Below are positions 63,182 to 64,000 of a stretch of 64,000 bases of DNA, piece by piece. Each line of letters opens with the position of its first letter. The stretch's first letter is position 1. The translations under genes and the position numbers were made by a program. The notes beneath the pieces are model-generated. The model was given only the letters and a program-made list of their open reading frames with translations. It had not been told where the DNA came from and searched no databases. The DNA comes from a virus: positions 11,958-75,957 of the IMG/VR virus record IMGVR_UViG_3300044940_000144; one strand, written 5' to 3'.

Positions 63182-64000
63182 GACAACACACTGCGGATCA
63201 CGGCCAGCTTCGCCTCCGCGTCCTGCAGCCGCCTGGTCACGTCCGCAAGCTGCGAGCGCACATCCGCGCACGGGTCCGGCGCCCCATTGGGCTGCGAGTG
63301 CGCGGCCGACGGGGCGAAGAACTTGCGGGCCTCGTCCATGGTGGGGGCCCGCATCATCCCGTCGTCCACGACGACCGCCGCGATGCGCTCGCAGGTGTAG
63401 AACCCGCCCTTCCAGTACGCGCCCCACGGACCGAAGAACGTCGTTCCGGACCACGTGCCAAGCAGCCGCCACGCGTCCGGGCGGGACCGGTCCATGGCGG
63501 CGGGGCCGATCGCACCCCACACCTCGCACGACCCGGCATCCGTGGTCCCGGGCTCGCCGCCCCACCTGATCCCCATAAGCAACGCAATCGTCGCCAGCGG
63601 GGCGTCCACCGCCAGGTTCCACGACTGATCGGGACCCGTCTGGGTGTCACGATGCGCTATCCACAGCGAGCCTGCCGCGTCGTTGTCCGGGTCCAGGACC
63701 CTGTCCATGCGCAACGCCCACGGCGGCGAGCCCGTGTCTCTCGCGTGATGCAGCTGCCGGATGATCCCCCACGACGTGGGGGGGAAGAACCGGGGGTCCA
63801 GGGTGATCGCAAGCGCATACCAGGCCTGCGTTCCGTGATCCTCGCGGGCGGCGTCCAGGGGCCGGGTGTCCAACCACTCGCACCGCTCGCCGGTTGAGTT
63901 GATGGGGTCCACGCCAGCGTGGTGGGTGATGCGGGCGGCGCGCCGCCCGGGGCGGACGACGCTGTCGATCACCTCGATCGAGTCGGGCGGCGCAACCTGC
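63178..64000 (-). CDS. partial polysaccharide-lyase-like protein
   Basis: ERCE...WY...WGII.QLH...YWKGG.Y resembles the N-domain of 55467-58655; begins beyond the window edge. Confidence 0.5.
   Translation of the reverse strand, partial: QVAPPDSIEVIDSVVRPGRRAARITHHAGVDPINSTGERCEWLDTRPLDAAREDHGTQAWYALAITLDPRFFPPTSWGIIRQLHHARDTGSPPWALRMDRVLDPDNDAAGSLWIAHRDTQTGPDQSWNLAVDAPLATIALLMGIRWGGEPGTTDAGSCEVWGAIGPAAMDRSRPDAWRLLGTWSGTTFFGPWGAYWKGGFYTCERIAAVVVDDGMMRAPTMDEARKFFAPSAAHSQPNGAPDPCADVRSQLADVTRRLQDAEAKLAVIRSVLS

Overview
The window is most of the genome of a high-GC tailed phage with a contractile PBSX/Xkd-like tail. The host is probably actinobacterial, inferred from GC content, leaderless TAnnnT promoters and gene families. 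Essentially all genes are on the minus strand and the map looks circularly permuted. In transcription order (right to left) it holds: head genes (protease/scaffold, DUF2190, major capsid); neck genes interrupted by three toxin-like effectors sharing one N-terminal peptide; tail and baseplate; lysis; recombination/replication (ERF, PD-(D/E)XK, initiator, RusA); a T-less satellite; a strong sigma70-type promoter driving an accessory/early operon; tRNA-Leu; an IS200/IS605 tnpB element; a radical SAM + DUF4417-like pair; a split terminase; an ADP-ribosyltransferase; and the portal. The headline observation is in the early operon (13.7-22.8 kb), which is punctuated gene by gene by 11 hammerhead ribozyme motifs of all three topologies: 5 type II, 3 type I plus 1 core variant, and 2 type III. 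The genes share a non-canonical AAGGGGGAACC start signal, and the operon leader carries a segment complementary to it. Several other ORF-free structured regions are candidate ncRNAs. All calls were made by eye; no searches or folding programs were run.
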